DNA from: an uncultured Methanosarcinales archaeon
Lineage (GTDB): Archaea > Nanobdellota > Nanobdellia > Woesearchaeales > DATDXC01
Assembly: GCA_964510025.1 (NCBI GenBank)
Contig: CAZDZV010000001.1
Span: 1-63,948, forward strand
Length of the DNA stretch: 63,948 nucleotides
Direction: 5' to 3'
In this document: piece after piece, positions 49,831 through 59,499 of the stretch
Numbering within the stretch: position 1 is the stretch's first letter
How the letters are laid out: the number at the start of each line of letters is the position of its first letter
Notes under the pieces: generated by a model
The model's database searches: none
What the model saw: the letters and a program-made list of their open reading frames with translations, nothing else
Told to the model about the DNA's origin: nothing
Made by a program: the position numbers and the translations under genes

Positions 49831-51591
49831 ATGAAAGTCAATGAGCTCAAGAAAAAGTTCCTGGAGTTTTTTGAAGAGAAAGGACATGCCATAATCAGTT
49901 CTGCTTCACTTATACCTGAACACGATCCCACTGTATTATTCACAACAGCAGGCATGCATCCTTTGGTGCCTTACCTAATGGGCCAACCCCATCCACAGGG
50001 AAAAAGGCTGGTAAACTGCCAGAAATGCATAAGGACAGGCGATATTGATGATGTCGGTGACCCATCACACCTTACTTTCTTTGAAATGTTAGGGAACTGG
50101 TCATTGGGCGATTACTTCAAGGAGGATGCTATAAAATGGAGCTTTGAGTTTCTTACTGAACGGCTGGGCCTTGACAAGGACAGGCTAAGCGTGACGTGCT
50201 TTGCCGGGGATAAGGATGCCCCCAAGGACACAGAATCAGCAGAAATATGGGAGTCGGTTGGAATACCAAACGAAAGGATATATTTTATGCCTAAGAAAGA
50301 TAATTGGTGGGGCCCTGCCGGAGAAACAGGGCCATGCGGTCCAGACACTGAGATGTTCTATGATACAGGCAGGAAGAAATGCGGAAAAGACTGCAAACCC
50401 GGGTGCGGATGCGGAAAATATTTCGAGATATGGAACGACGTATTCATGCAATACCATAAATCAACGACAGGAGAATTTGAGCTTCTGAGCCAGAAAAATG
50501 TTGACACTGGAATGGGCTTAGAGAGGACTGCTGCTGTGCTGCAGGGCAAGAATACGGTATATGATATCGAGACCTTTACCCCTATAGTAGATAAAATCAA
50601 AGAGTTGGCTAATGTTAAACTGACAGACAAGAGGGAACTTTCAGTTAGGATAATCGCCGACCATGTCAGGGCTGCTGTCTTCATATTAGGGGATGACCAG
50701 GGTATTGTGCCTTCTAATCTGGATCAGGGCTACATACTAAGGCGGTTTATCAGGAGAGCAATAAGGCATGGCAGGCTGTTAGAGATAAACGGAGAGTTTC
50801 TAACAGAGCTAGCCAAAATTGTAATAGGGCTGCATAAGGGCGATTACGATGAGTTTTCCAGAAATGAGAAATTTATCTTAAATGAACTGAAAAAAGAAGA
50901 TACCAAATTCAGGGCAAGCCTTGAAAAGGGGCTTCACAAGTTTGAGACTGCCATAAAGGACAAAATTATATCAGGAAAGGATGCATTTCTCTTATTCCAG
51001 TCCTATGGTTTTCCGCTAGAGATAACAGAAGAGCTAGCCAAAGAAAGAGGATTGCATGTAGATAGGGAAGGTTTCAAGAGGGAATATAAAAGGCACCAGG
51101 AACTTAGCAGGACAGGAGCTGAGAAAAGATTTAAAGGGGGTCTTGGTGACCATTCAAAAGAGACCACAAAGCTCCATACAGCTACCCATCTGCTCAATCA
51201 GGCTCTAAGAGAGGTTCTTGGCAAAAAAGACATTTATCAGAGAGGCTCAAATATCACACCAGAGAGACTAAGGTTTGATTTTAATTTTGACAGAAAGCTT
51301 ACCAAAGAAGAACTCCAGAAGGTGGAAGATTGGGTTAATAAGAGAATTGAAGAAGAACTGCCTGTCATCAGAAAAGAAATGAGCGTAGAAGAAGCCAAAA
51401 AAGCAGGCGCGCAGGGAGTTTTTGAACAGAAATACGGAGATAGGGTATTTGTTTATTCTATAGGCCATAAGTCAAAGGAGATTTGCGGAGGGCCACATGT
51501 GGAAAATACAAAGGAATTAGGTATTTTCAGGATCAAGAAGGAGGAAAGCTCTGCTGCTGGGGTCAGAAGAATCAAAGCTGTTTTGGCATAG
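49831..51591 (+). CDS. alaS: Alanine--tRNA ligase, short form without C-Ala domain
   Basis: LFTTAGM, HLTFFEMLGNWS.GDYFK, DTGMGLER, HTATH, EICGGPHV, GVRRI at the C-terminus. Confidence 0.95.
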   Translation: MKVNELKKKFLEFFEEKGHAIISSASLIPEHDPTVLFTTAGMHPLVPYLMGQPHPQGKRLVNCQKCIRTGDIDDVGDPSHLTFFEMLGNWSLGDYFKEDAIKWSFEFLTERLGLDKDRLSVTCFAGDKDAPKDTESAEIWESVGIPNERIYFMPKKDNWWGPAGETGPCGPDTEMFYDTGRKKCGKDCKPGCGCGKYFEIWNDVFMQYHKSTTGEFELLSQKNVDTGMGLERTAAVLQGKNTVYDIETFTPIVDKIKELANVKLTDKRELSVRIIADHVRAAVFILGDDQGIVPSNLDQGYILRRFIRRAIRHGRLLEINGEFLTELAKIVIGLHKGDYDEFSRNEKFILNELKKEDTKFRASLEKGLHKFETAIKDKIISGKDAFLLFQSYGFPLEITEELAKERGLHVDREGFKREYKRHQELSRTGAEKRFKGGLGDHSKETTKLHTATHLLNQALREVLGKKDIYQRGSNITPERLRFDFNFDRKLTKEELQKVEDWVNKRIEEELPVIRKEMSVEEAKKAGAQGVFEQKYGDRVFVYSIGHKSKEICGGPHVENTKELGIFRIKKEESSAAGVRRIKAVLA

Positions 51592-51767
51592 TTTTCTCTT
51601 TAATGTGACCTTAATATTTTTATCAAAACTATATTTGCACCTTTTTATAGCTAAAAAGGATACTAAACGTCCTTTTTTACCTTATAATGCTTTTTAGGTC
51701 TTTTTTCTACATTTTATCAAAAAGCAAAACTTTTATAAAAGCACTTCAGTTCCTAAATGATGCAAAA

Positions 51768-54269
51768 ATGGCTGGAAAAGAAATGAAATTAAAGGTTGCT
51801 GAGGCAATCCAGGATGATGTAAATAAGGGCATAGTCCGAATAGATTCTAGTTTTATGCAGGAGCTAGGGGTAAGGGTTGGTGATATCATATCCCTGCAAG
51901 GTGAACGGGAAACGGTAGCTATTGTAGACAGGGCTTATCCGGGAGATATCGGCCTTAATATAATAAGGATGGACGGTATAATAAGGAAGAATGCCAAGAC
52001 TGGCATTGGGGAACTAGTTACTGTAAAGAAGATAGCTGTTAAGGAGGCTAAAAAGGTCATAATAGCACCAACAAAAAAGGATATCATGATAAGGGCTTCT
52101 CCTCAACTCTTCAAGCAGGGGCTTCTTGGAAGAGCAATGACCAAGGGGGATATAGTGTCTTTGGGTGGACAGAAAAGAAGGAGGACTACCATGACCGACA
52201 GCCCATTTTTTGATGACGTGTTCAATATCCTTGATGAAAGCCTCATGGGCTTTGGCTTCGGTGATATGAAGTTCGTGGTTGCTGATACAAATCCAAAAGG
52301 GGCTGTCATAATATCGGAACATACAGAAGTCATATTCAACCCAGAAGCTGTAGAGGTCTCGGAAGAGGTGGCGCCGGAAGTAACATATGAGGACATAGGT
52401 GGCTTAGAGGATGAAATAAAAAAGATCAGAGAGATGGTTGAGCTTCCGCTTAAGCACCCTGAAATATTCGAAAGGCTGGGAATAGAGCCCCCGAAGGGTG
52501 TTCTTCTGCATGGGCCGCCCGGAACAGGAAAGACACTGCTGGCAAAGGCTGTAGCGAATGAGACAAATTCACATTTTATACTTATTAACGGGCCAGAGAT
52601 TATGAGCAAATATTACGGACAGAGCGAGGAAAACCTGAGGAAGAAGTTCGAGGAAGCCCAGAAGAATTCACCTTCCATAATATTCATAGATGAGATAGAC
52701 GCCATAGCTGCCAAACGGGAAGAGACAAAAGGTGAGGTTGAGAGAAGGGTTGTTGCCCAGCTTCTCGCGAACATGGACGGACTAAAAAGTAGGGGCAAAG
52801 TGGTTGTTATAGCTGCAACAAACGTTCCAAATATACTTGATCCTGCATTAAGAAGGCCTGGAAGGTTTGACAGGGAAATCGAGATAGGTGTGCCGGGCAA
52901 GAAGGGGAGGCTTAATATCCTCAAGATACATACAAGGAACATGCCCATGTATAGTAAAGACCAGGCAGTAAGCGAACTGGCAGGAATTGAAGACAACTAC
53001 AGAACCGCCTTATACAGTATCAACAGGATCATGGACAATAAGAAAATCACCAGGAAATCGGTAGAAAAGGCTATCCAAGAATATCTAAAAGAAAATCCTG
53101 ACAAAAATACACTATTTAGGGGCATTGATTCTGAAAAGCTAACAAAATACCTAACTAAGGCTATGCTCAACACAAATATCGTGAAGCTTAATGAGATAGC
53201 TGATGTAACCCATGGCTTTGTCGGAGCTGACCTGGCAAGCCTGGCTAAAGAATCAGCTATGATAGTCCTAAGGCGGGTGTTGCCTGATCTAAAGCTGGAG
53301 GAAGAGGAAAAAATACCTAAAGAGATATTAGACCAACTTAAGATCATGCAGAAGGACTTTTACGAAGCGTTGAAGATAGTAAGACCTTCTGCCTTAAGAG
53401 AGGTGCTAATCGAGAAGCCAAATATCAAGTGGACCGATATTGGTGGCTTAAGCTATGTAAAACAAGAGCTGGAAGAGGCTGTTGAATGGCCGCTTAAGCA
53501 ACCCGAAGTATTCAGAAGGATGGGTATACGGCCGCCGAAAGGTATACTCCTGTTTGGCGCTCCTGGAACAGGAAAAACCTTATTAGCAAAGGCTGTTGCC
53601 CATGAGAGCCAGGCAAATTTCATCTCAGTGAAAGGGCCTGAACTTCTATCTAAATGGGTTGGAGAAAGCGAAAAGGCCGTCAGGGAAGTCTTCAAAAAAG
53701 CCAGACAGACAGCACCTACAATAATATTCTTCGATGAAATAGATTCGCTGACTCCGAGAAGAGGGACGCATGCTGGCGGAAGCCATGTAACGGAGAGCGT
53801 CGTCAACCAGATACTCACAGAGATGGACGGACTTGAAGAGATGCAGGACGTTGTAGTAATTGCTGCTTCCAACCGGCCGGATATAATCGACCCCTCCCTC
53901 CTTAGGCCTGGAAGATTTGACAGGATGATATTGGTACCTGTACCAGACGAAAAAGCAAGACTTGAAATATTCAAAGTGCACACAAAGAAGATGCCGCTTA
54001 AGGGTGTTGCCTTAGAAGATCTTGCAAAAAACACAGAGGGGTATGCTGGAGCTGATATTGAAGCTATATGCAGGGAGGCAGCAATGTTGGCGCTAAGGAA
54101 GAACATCAAGTCCAAGGAAGTATCGATGAAAGCCTTTGAAGAGGCACTGAACAAGGTCCATCCTTCTGCAACAAAGGATGTTGAAAAGGTCTACGAACAG
54201 ATAGGGCAACAGTTTTCTGCTGCGAAAGCAAAGCAGATGAAAGAAGAGATGCCAAATTATTTTGGATAG
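51768..54269 (+). CDS. cdc48: Cdc48/VCP family AAA+ ATPase
   Basis: N domain plus two AAA modules ([23 protein letters not shown] twice); C-terminal NYFG. Confidence 0.95.
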   Translation: MAGKEMKLKVAEAIQDDVNKGIVRIDSSFMQELGVRVGDIISLQGERETVAIVDRAYPGDIGLNIIRMDGIIRKNAKTGIGELVTVKKIAVKEAKKVIIAPTKKDIMIRASPQLFKQGLLGRAMTKGDIVSLGGQKRRRTTMTDSPFFDDVFNILDESLMGFGFGDMKFVVADTNPKGAVIISEHTEVIFNPEAVEVSEEVAPEVTYEDIGGLEDEIKKIREMVELPLKHPEIFERLGIEPPKGVLLHGPPGTGKTLLAKAVANETNSHFILINGPEIMSKYYGQSEENLRKKFEEAQKNSPSIIFIDEIDAIAAKREETKGEVERRVVAQLLANMDGLKSRGKVVVIAATNVPNILDPALRRPGRFDREIEIGVPGKKGRLNILKIHTRNMPMYSKDQAVSELAGIEDNYRTALYSINRIMDNKKITRKSVEKAIQEYLKENPDKNTLFRGIDSEKLTKYLTKAMLNTNIVKLNEIADVTHGFVGADLASLAKESAMIVLRRVLPDLKLEEEEKIPKEILDQLKIMQKDFYEALKIVRPSALREVLIEKPNIKWTDIGGLSYVKQELEEAVEWPLKQPEVFRRMGIRPPKGILLFGAPGTGKTLLAKAVAHESQANFISVKGPELLSKWVGESEKAVREVFKKARQTAPTIIFFDEIDSLTPRRGTHAGGSHVTESVVNQILTEMDGLEEMQDVVVIAASNRPDIIDPSLLRPGRFDRMILVPVPDEKARLEIFKVHTKKMPLKGVALEDLAKNTEGYAGADIEAICREAAMLALRKNIKSKEVSMKAFEEALNKVHPSATKDVEKVYEQIGQQFSAAKAKQMKEEMPNYFG

Positions 54270-54286
54270 AGTTCTTGGTGAAGATA

Positions 54287-55180
54287 ATGGATGAAGTATT
54301 GACTGCTGTAAGAACGAAAGTTGAAAGGATCGAAGCAGAATTGCAGGGGCTAAGTAGAGACCATTGTATTTCTAAGGTGATAGCTGAGCTTGCTCAGAGG
54401 GAAGCAAGAACCCGTGCTCTTATTGGTTATGAAGGATCTGCGGAAAAATCTGCTGCGATTAGGACTGCTAGACATCAGTTTGCGGTATATTTACTGATGG
54501 TCTGGGGAGATGCTGGAAAACAATACTATGAGCCATGGGCGCATAGATTCATGACAGAGATGGCTGAAAATGCAATTCGGGCGGGTCACCACAATGAAAG
54601 TGCGTTTGATAGATTTGCTGTTTGGAATTTCAGCGGAATTGTCCTGGATAGGATTGCTCGGGCTGCTGACATAAAGATAGATGATGAACTTGAACAAAAG
54701 CTAAGGAGCGAGATTGGAAGCGCAAGACAGGATTATCTAAAGAGAGCTGTAGATAAGCTTAAGTATGTCCATTGGATCGGGCATCACCATCCTGACTGTG
54801 CAGAAGCTGAAGAGATGAGATGTGAAGGCTATCCTGTTGGTTATCGGAATGAAACAGATGTGGAGAAACATTTAGACGAAATGGCAGTATCTGCAATGGC
54901 GCCTTATGTAATCCAAAGAAATATTGCTCACCCACATGGCAACTTGGAAAATCCCTACGATCACGGTATTGTCTTAAGAGATATGGTCAGTATTCAAGAA
55001 AAAATGGGTAGAGGCAAATCAGAAGAGACGTGGAATGAAGCAGCGCTGCATCTAGCCAACCGAATAGACTCCCGATTTGGCAATAGTGAAAAAAGGGAAT
55101 TAGAAGAGAGTATCAGGAGGGTATGGGTATCATTGTCCCAGATATATGCCGGAAGAGCCTGTACACCAAAAAATTTATAA
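54287..55180 (+). CDS. Hypothetical protein
   Basis: Long ORF with GGTGA SD before the ATG at 54287; no recognisable motif. Confidence 0.6.
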   Translation: MDEVLTAVRTKVERIEAELQGLSRDHCISKVIAELAQREARTRALIGYEGSAEKSAAIRTARHQFAVYLLMVWGDAGKQYYEPWAHRFMTEMAENAIRAGHHNESAFDRFAVWNFSGIVLDRIARAADIKIDDELEQKLRSEIGSARQDYLKRAVDKLKYVHWIGHHHPDCAEAEEMRCEGYPVGYRNETDVEKHLDEMAVSAMAPYVIQRNIAHPHGNLENPYDHGIVLRDMVSIQEKMGRGKSEETWNEAALHLANRIDSRFGNSEKRELEESIRRVWVSLSQIYAGRACTPKNL

Positions 55181-55199
55181 TAAGGCCCACTATATTTCT

Positions 55200-55256
55200 A
55201 TGGAAGCCAGACAAATGGGATGTTGCGGAGGAAAGAAGAAAAAACCATTCTTCTGA
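55200..55256 (+). CDS. Candidate 18-aa micropeptide MEARQMGCCGGKKKKPFF
   Basis: ATG 26 nt after a TTTATAAT box, matching the leaderless spacing elsewhere; ends 6 nt before gatD. Confidence 0.4.
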   Translation: MEARQMGCCGGKKKKPFF

Positions 55257-55262
55257 ATTAGG

Positions 55263-56543
55263 ATGCCGAAACCAGGAGACAAGGTAAAAGTAGTAACAGA
55301 CGATGAGAAATTAGAAGGAATTCTCATGCCTAATGAGGAGACTGATTCTATCATTATCAAGTTGCACAGCGGCTATAATATAGGTATTGATAAGAGTAAG
55401 GTTAAAAGGGTTGAACTAGTGAAGAAATACAAGGAAAAAAAAGAGAAAAAAGAGAAGGTCTTTATGGAAGGAAAGAAGCTGCCAATGATATCTATACTCC
55501 ACACAGGAGGCACGATTGCTTCAAAGGTTAATTACAAAACAGGAGGGGTTATAGCCAAGTTCGAGCCTGAAGAGCTGCTTGAGATGTTTCCAGAGCTGAA
55601 GAAGATTGCCAATTTTGATTCAAGGCTTATAGATCAGATGTTTAGTGAGGATATGAGATTTGAGCACTATAGAAAGATAGCCCATGCGATAAAAAAAGAA
55701 GTGGATAAAAAGGTAGATGGCATAATCATTACACATGGAACTGACACTCTTGGGTATAGTGGGGCTGCTCTTTCTTTTATTCTGGAGGATATCAACATCC
55801 CTGTCCTGCTGGTAGGCGCTCAGCGCTCCTCTGATAGAGGCTCCAGCGATGCTGCAATGAATCTTATATGCGCAGCAGAGTTCATCGCTAAGACAGATTT
55901 TGCAGGCGTAGCCATATGTATGCATGAAAATACTGATGACAACAGTTCAGTTATACTGCCGGCCTGTAAGACAAGAAAGATGCATACTTCCAGAAGAGAT
56001 GCTTTTAAGGCCATTAACGATGATCCTATCGCCAGGATAAACTACAATACAAGAAAAATTGAGTTTTTGAAAGACTACACAAAAAAATCAGACAGAAAAA
56101 TGCTGCTAAAAGATAACTTTGAAGATAGGGTAGGGATGATAAAGTGCCACCCCAATATGTTTAAGGAGCAGTTTGATTTTTTCAAAGGATATAAAGGATT
56201 AGTTATAGAAGGCACTGGACTGGGCCATGCTCCTGTGGATCCGCCGCAGAAACTGAACATGCATATCCTAGATTCAATCGAAAATCTAGTGAGGAACGGC
56301 ACCATTGTTGTAATGACCTCCCAATGTCTATTTGGCAGGGTCCACCCCCATGTTTATACAGCTGCAATCAACTTATCCAAAATTGGGGTGATATATGCTG
56401 AGGATATGCTGCCTGAGACAGCCTTCGTCAAGCTTGCATGGCTGCTGGGCAACCATAGCAAGGATGAAATAAAAAAACTGATTACTGCTAATCTCCGTGG
56501 AGAGATTAATCCCAGAATACAGCCATATGAGTATTTGGAGTGA
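55263..56543 (+). CDS. gatD: Glu-tRNA(Gln) amidotransferase subunit D
   Basis: KLHSGYNIG, HTGGTIAS, HGTDT, GAQRSSDRGSSD, RKMHTSRRDAF. Confidence 0.95.
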   Translation: MPKPGDKVKVVTDDEKLEGILMPNEETDSIIIKLHSGYNIGIDKSKVKRVELVKKYKEKKEKKEKVFMEGKKLPMISILHTGGTIASKVNYKTGGVIAKFEPEELLEMFPELKKIANFDSRLIDQMFSEDMRFEHYRKIAHAIKKEVDKKVDGIIITHGTDTLGYSGAALSFILEDINIPVLLVGAQRSSDRGSSDAAMNLICAAEFIAKTDFAGVAICMHENTDDNSSVILPACKTRKMHTSRRDAFKAINDDPIARINYNTRKIEFLKDYTKKSDRKMLLKDNFEDRVGMIKCHPNMFKEQFDFFKGYKGLVIEGTGLGHAPVDPPQKLNMHILDSIENLVRNGTIVVMTSQCLFGRVHPHVYTAAINLSKIGVIYAEDMLPETAFVKLAWLLGNHSKDEIKKLITANLRGEINPRIQPYEYLE

Positions 56544-56549
56544 AGAGTT

Positions 56550-57383
56550 CTAAGAAGGTTTTTGTGCCATGAAGGCTGCCATGGGCATACCAAAATATTC
56601 TCCCCTTGGTATTCTGGCTGTAATGTCGAATCCGGCTCTTTCGAGGATTGCCTTAACATATTGGGGAGTAAGATAGGCTTCCTGCACAACGAGCATGCCG
56701 CCTGGCCTGAGGACACGCGCAGATTCCTGTACAGCGGGTTGGGGCCACAAGGATGAACTGTATATCATATCTGCCATAATCACATCAAACTGTCCTGCAA
56801 AAGGCAATTTTGATATATCTGCGGCAATATGGTCTATCCCAGCGCCCCCTGCAACAACTTCTGCGCAGGCTGCTCTTGAATGCTCAAGATACGAATGATT
56901 GATGTCGAGTGCGGCAATCCTTGCTCCAGGAATCTCTTCAATTTGCAGATATTCTAGCAGCTCTCTCACTAGATTGCCATAACCAGAGCCTAATACCAGT
57001 ATATTCGGTTCTTCAGGTATCCTTAGATCAATAGCATCATCATAAAAAATACCTTCAAAACCAGAATTTGACCTACCTGCTTCTTCTGTTCCACCTAGCT
57101 TATCCTTAACCCCTTTAGCCTGCAGCTTCTGCAAAACATCATCCACCGTAGTGCCGATCCTTACTATAGATGGCAGATTTGCGGGAACAGGGATTTCCAG
57201 GGGATATTCAGCAGCAGCTATAACCTCCTCCCTATAATGTAGGGTGCCTTCGAGGTCGTAGATTTCAACCCTTGTCAAATAAGGTGCTGCATATTCTGGC
57301 GGATTTCGGGCTCCAGCCTTATGTTTGTATATTCCTCCACTCCTAACCAGATTCAGTCTGAAAAAGCTGTCAACTATATTCAT
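56550..57383 (-). CDS. Class I SAM methyltransferase-domain protein
   Basis: LVLGSGYG, ALDIN, ADISKLPF, RVLRPGG. Confidence 0.75.
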   Translation of the reverse strand: MNIVDSFFRLNLVRSGGIYKHKAGARNPPEYAAPYLTRVEIYDLEGTLHYREEVIAAAEYPLEIPVPANLPSIVRIGTTVDDVLQKLQAKGVKDKLGGTEEAGRSNSGFEGIFYDDAIDLRIPEEPNILVLGSGYGNLVRELLEYLQIEEIPGARIAALDINHSYLEHSRAACAEVVAGGAGIDHIAADISKLPFAGQFDVIMADMIYSSSLWPQPAVQESARVLRPGGMLVVQEAYLTPQYVKAILERAGFDITARIPRGEYFGMPMAAFMAQKPS

Positions 57384-57504
57384 ACGAAAAAATGAAAGGC
57401 GTATACTTTATAAAACTTTCTATTTTTTACTATTTAAAAGTAGTTAAATATTCGCTGAAGAATCAACACAAACCTTAATATATAATTAATAATTCTATAG
57501 GTTT

Positions 57505-58929
57505 ATGGATTACGAAAAACTTGGGTTTAAATGCGGCATCGAGATCCACCAACAGCTTAAGGGGAAAAAGCTTTTTTGTGGCTGTCCAACGCTGAATTCT
57601 GACAAAAAGCCGGATATTGAGGTGAGAAGAAGGCTGCGTGCAGTAGCCGGAGAAACAGGCAAAGTTGATGTTGCCGCAGCCCATGAGATGAGGAAAGGCA
57701 AGGAGATGATATATATATCTAATTCTGAAGACAGCTGTCTGGTTGAATATGATGAAGAGCCGCCCCAGCCCATCAACCTAGATGCTTTGCATACAACTTT
57801 GAAAATAGCCTTGTTGCTAAACGCAAAAATTATTGATGAGATCCAGGTCATGAGAAAGACAGTTGTAGATGGCAGCAATACGTCTGGCTTCCAAAGAACT
57901 TGCTTGGTAGCCAAGAATGGTTTTATAGACACCTCAATGGGAAAAGTAGGGATCACAAATATTTGTTTAGAGGAAGAAGCGGCACAGAAAGTAAAAGAAG
58001 ACAATGACAGCATAACCTACAAACTTGATCGTCTAGGCATTCCATTAATCGAGATAGGAACTGATGCGTCCATAAAGAGCCCCGAACATGCAAAAGAGGT
58101 AGCCGCTTACCTGGGTATGGTGTTGCGAAGCACAGGTGGCTGCAAGCGAGGTATAGGCACAATACGACAGGATGTCAATATATCAATCAGAGGCGGTGCA
58201 AGGACCGAGATAAAGGGGTTTCAAGACCTAAGAAGCATTGCCAGAGTTATTGAAAATGAAGTGAAGAGACAGAGCAAGCTGATCAAGGAAAAAAAGAAGA
58301 TAAAGGAAGAAGTCAGAAAAGCAGAGCCCGACTTTGCAACTTCTTTCTTGCGGCCTATGCCTGGGGCAGCAAGGATGTATCCTGAGACAGACGTTGAACC
58401 TATCCGGATATCTATGGATATGACAAGAAATATAGAATTGCCGGAACTCATTTCAGAGAAGACAGAGAAAACAGCCAAGAAGTACAATATCAGCCATGAC
58501 CTAGCAAAGGCGCTGGCAAAAAACAAACGTTTGGACACCTTCAAGAAATTTGCTGACAAGTTTCCAGATATCAAGCCAGCTTTTATAGCTACCACTTTAT
58601 CTTCTACTTTGAAGGAAATAGAAAGAAAGTACGAAACAAATACAGATAACCTGACTGATAGGGAATTTGAGGAGATTTTTTCTTACCTAGACAAAGGAAA
58701 GATTAGCAAGGACGTTGTTCTTGATGTTATCATTGACTACGCAAAAGGAAAATTTAACCTAGACAGATACTCAGCTATTTCTGATGAGGAGCTCGAAAAG
58801 CAGATTAAACAGATAGTAGACAGCAACAAAGGCCAGAGTATTGGAGCCTACATGGGAATAGTAATGAAGAAATTCAAAGGAAAAGTAGACGGCAAAAAGG
58901 CCATGGAATTGCTGAAGAAAAACCTTTAA
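57505..58929 (+). CDS. gatE: Glu-tRNA(Gln) amidotransferase subunit E (short)
   Basis: GIEIHQQL, MRKTVVDGSNTSGFQRT, DRLGIPLIEI, GTIRQDVN, RPMPGAARMYPETD. Confidence 0.95.
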   Translation: MDYEKLGFKCGIEIHQQLKGKKLFCGCPTLNSDKKPDIEVRRRLRAVAGETGKVDVAAAHEMRKGKEMIYISNSEDSCLVEYDEEPPQPINLDALHTTLKIALLLNAKIIDEIQVMRKTVVDGSNTSGFQRTCLVAKNGFIDTSMGKVGITNICLEEEAAQKVKEDNDSITYKLDRLGIPLIEIGTDASIKSPEHAKEVAAYLGMVLRSTGGCKRGIGTIRQDVNISIRGGARTEIKGFQDLRSIARVIENEVKRQSKLIKEKKKIKEEVRKAEPDFATSFLRPMPGAARMYPETDVEPIRISMDMTRNIELPELISEKTEKTAKKYNISHDLAKALAKNKRLDTFKKFADKFPDIKPAFIATTLSSTLKEIERKYETNTDNLTDREFEEIFSYLDKGKISKDVVLDVIIDYAKGKFNLDRYSAISDEELEKQIKQIVDSNKGQSIGAYMGIVMKKFKGKVDGKKAMELLKKNL

Positions 58930-58930
58930 G

Positions 58931-59128
58931 CTATGCAACAGCTATCTCTTCTGTATCAACTTTTTTTTTAACTTTTTCTACAGTTCCAGCCCTTACGATG
59001 CCCTGATTTTCCCACCTTCTCATTCTCATGCATTCTATCCTGCCACAAGTTATCATCCTGTTAAATTGTGCTGGGAAATCCAAATCATTAAATTCCCTTC
59101 CACAATATTTACATTTCTTAGTTCTCAT
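58931..59128 (-). CDS. Small zinc-binding protein (65 aa)
   Basis: CKYCG...TCGRIEC. Confidence 0.65.
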   Translation of the reverse strand: MRTKKCKYCGREFNDLDFPAQFNRMITCGRIECMRMRRWENQGIVRAGTVEKVKKKVDTEEIAVA

Positions 59129-59205
59129 TTTTCTCTAAATTCCAGCATCTTATCATTTATATCAACAGCTACAAAGCATTGTCTGGACATATTGATGCGG
59201 TTCAT
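59125..59205 (-). CDS. Candidate 26-aa microprotein (MNRINMSRQCFVAVDINDKMLEFREK)
   Basis: ATGA overlap with the downstream 65-aa gene; starts 2 nt after the upstream stop. Confidence 0.4.
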   Translation of the reverse strand: MNRINMSRQCFVAVDINDKMLEFREK

Positions 59206-59207
59206 TT

Positions 59208-59324
59208 TTATGCAATCTCCGGCAGGTCTAATCCATGCTGTACCCTCTTATCAACCATGTCCAAGTATTCGCCATATACTATCTCGTCTTCTTCTACAAC
59301 CCATCTTCCGTTTGACTGGATCAT
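59208..59324 (-). CDS. Candidate 38-aa microprotein (MIQSNGRWVVEEDEIVYGEYLDMVDKRVQHGLDLPEIA)
   Basis: GGAGGGG SD upstream; protein-like composition. Confidence 0.55.
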   Translation of the reverse strand: MIQSNGRWVVEEDEIVYGEYLDMVDKRVQHGLDLPEIA

Positions 59325-59499
59325 GGTGCTCCCCTCCGAACACATCTTGAAGTATATGTAAATTCCATTTTATATATATTTTTTTCATATATTATATATA
59401 TTTTAAAAAAAGTATATAATTATTAACTTTATAACTAAAGTATAAATAATACATAATGTATATAGCAAAATAAAAAAGTTTATATAGTTTCTCAAACAT

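Noticed and set aside
51654..51676. AAAAGGA-N9-TCCTTTT inverted repeat upstream of cdc48
   Set aside because: It is short and lies in an AT-rich spacer, so it could arise by chance; no second copy was seen.
52945..53180. ~75-aa insertion in the Cdc48 D1 domain as a possible intein
   Set aside because: It has no N-terminal Cys/Ser or His-Asn splice motifs; helical insertions at this site occur in other archaeal Cdc48 proteins.
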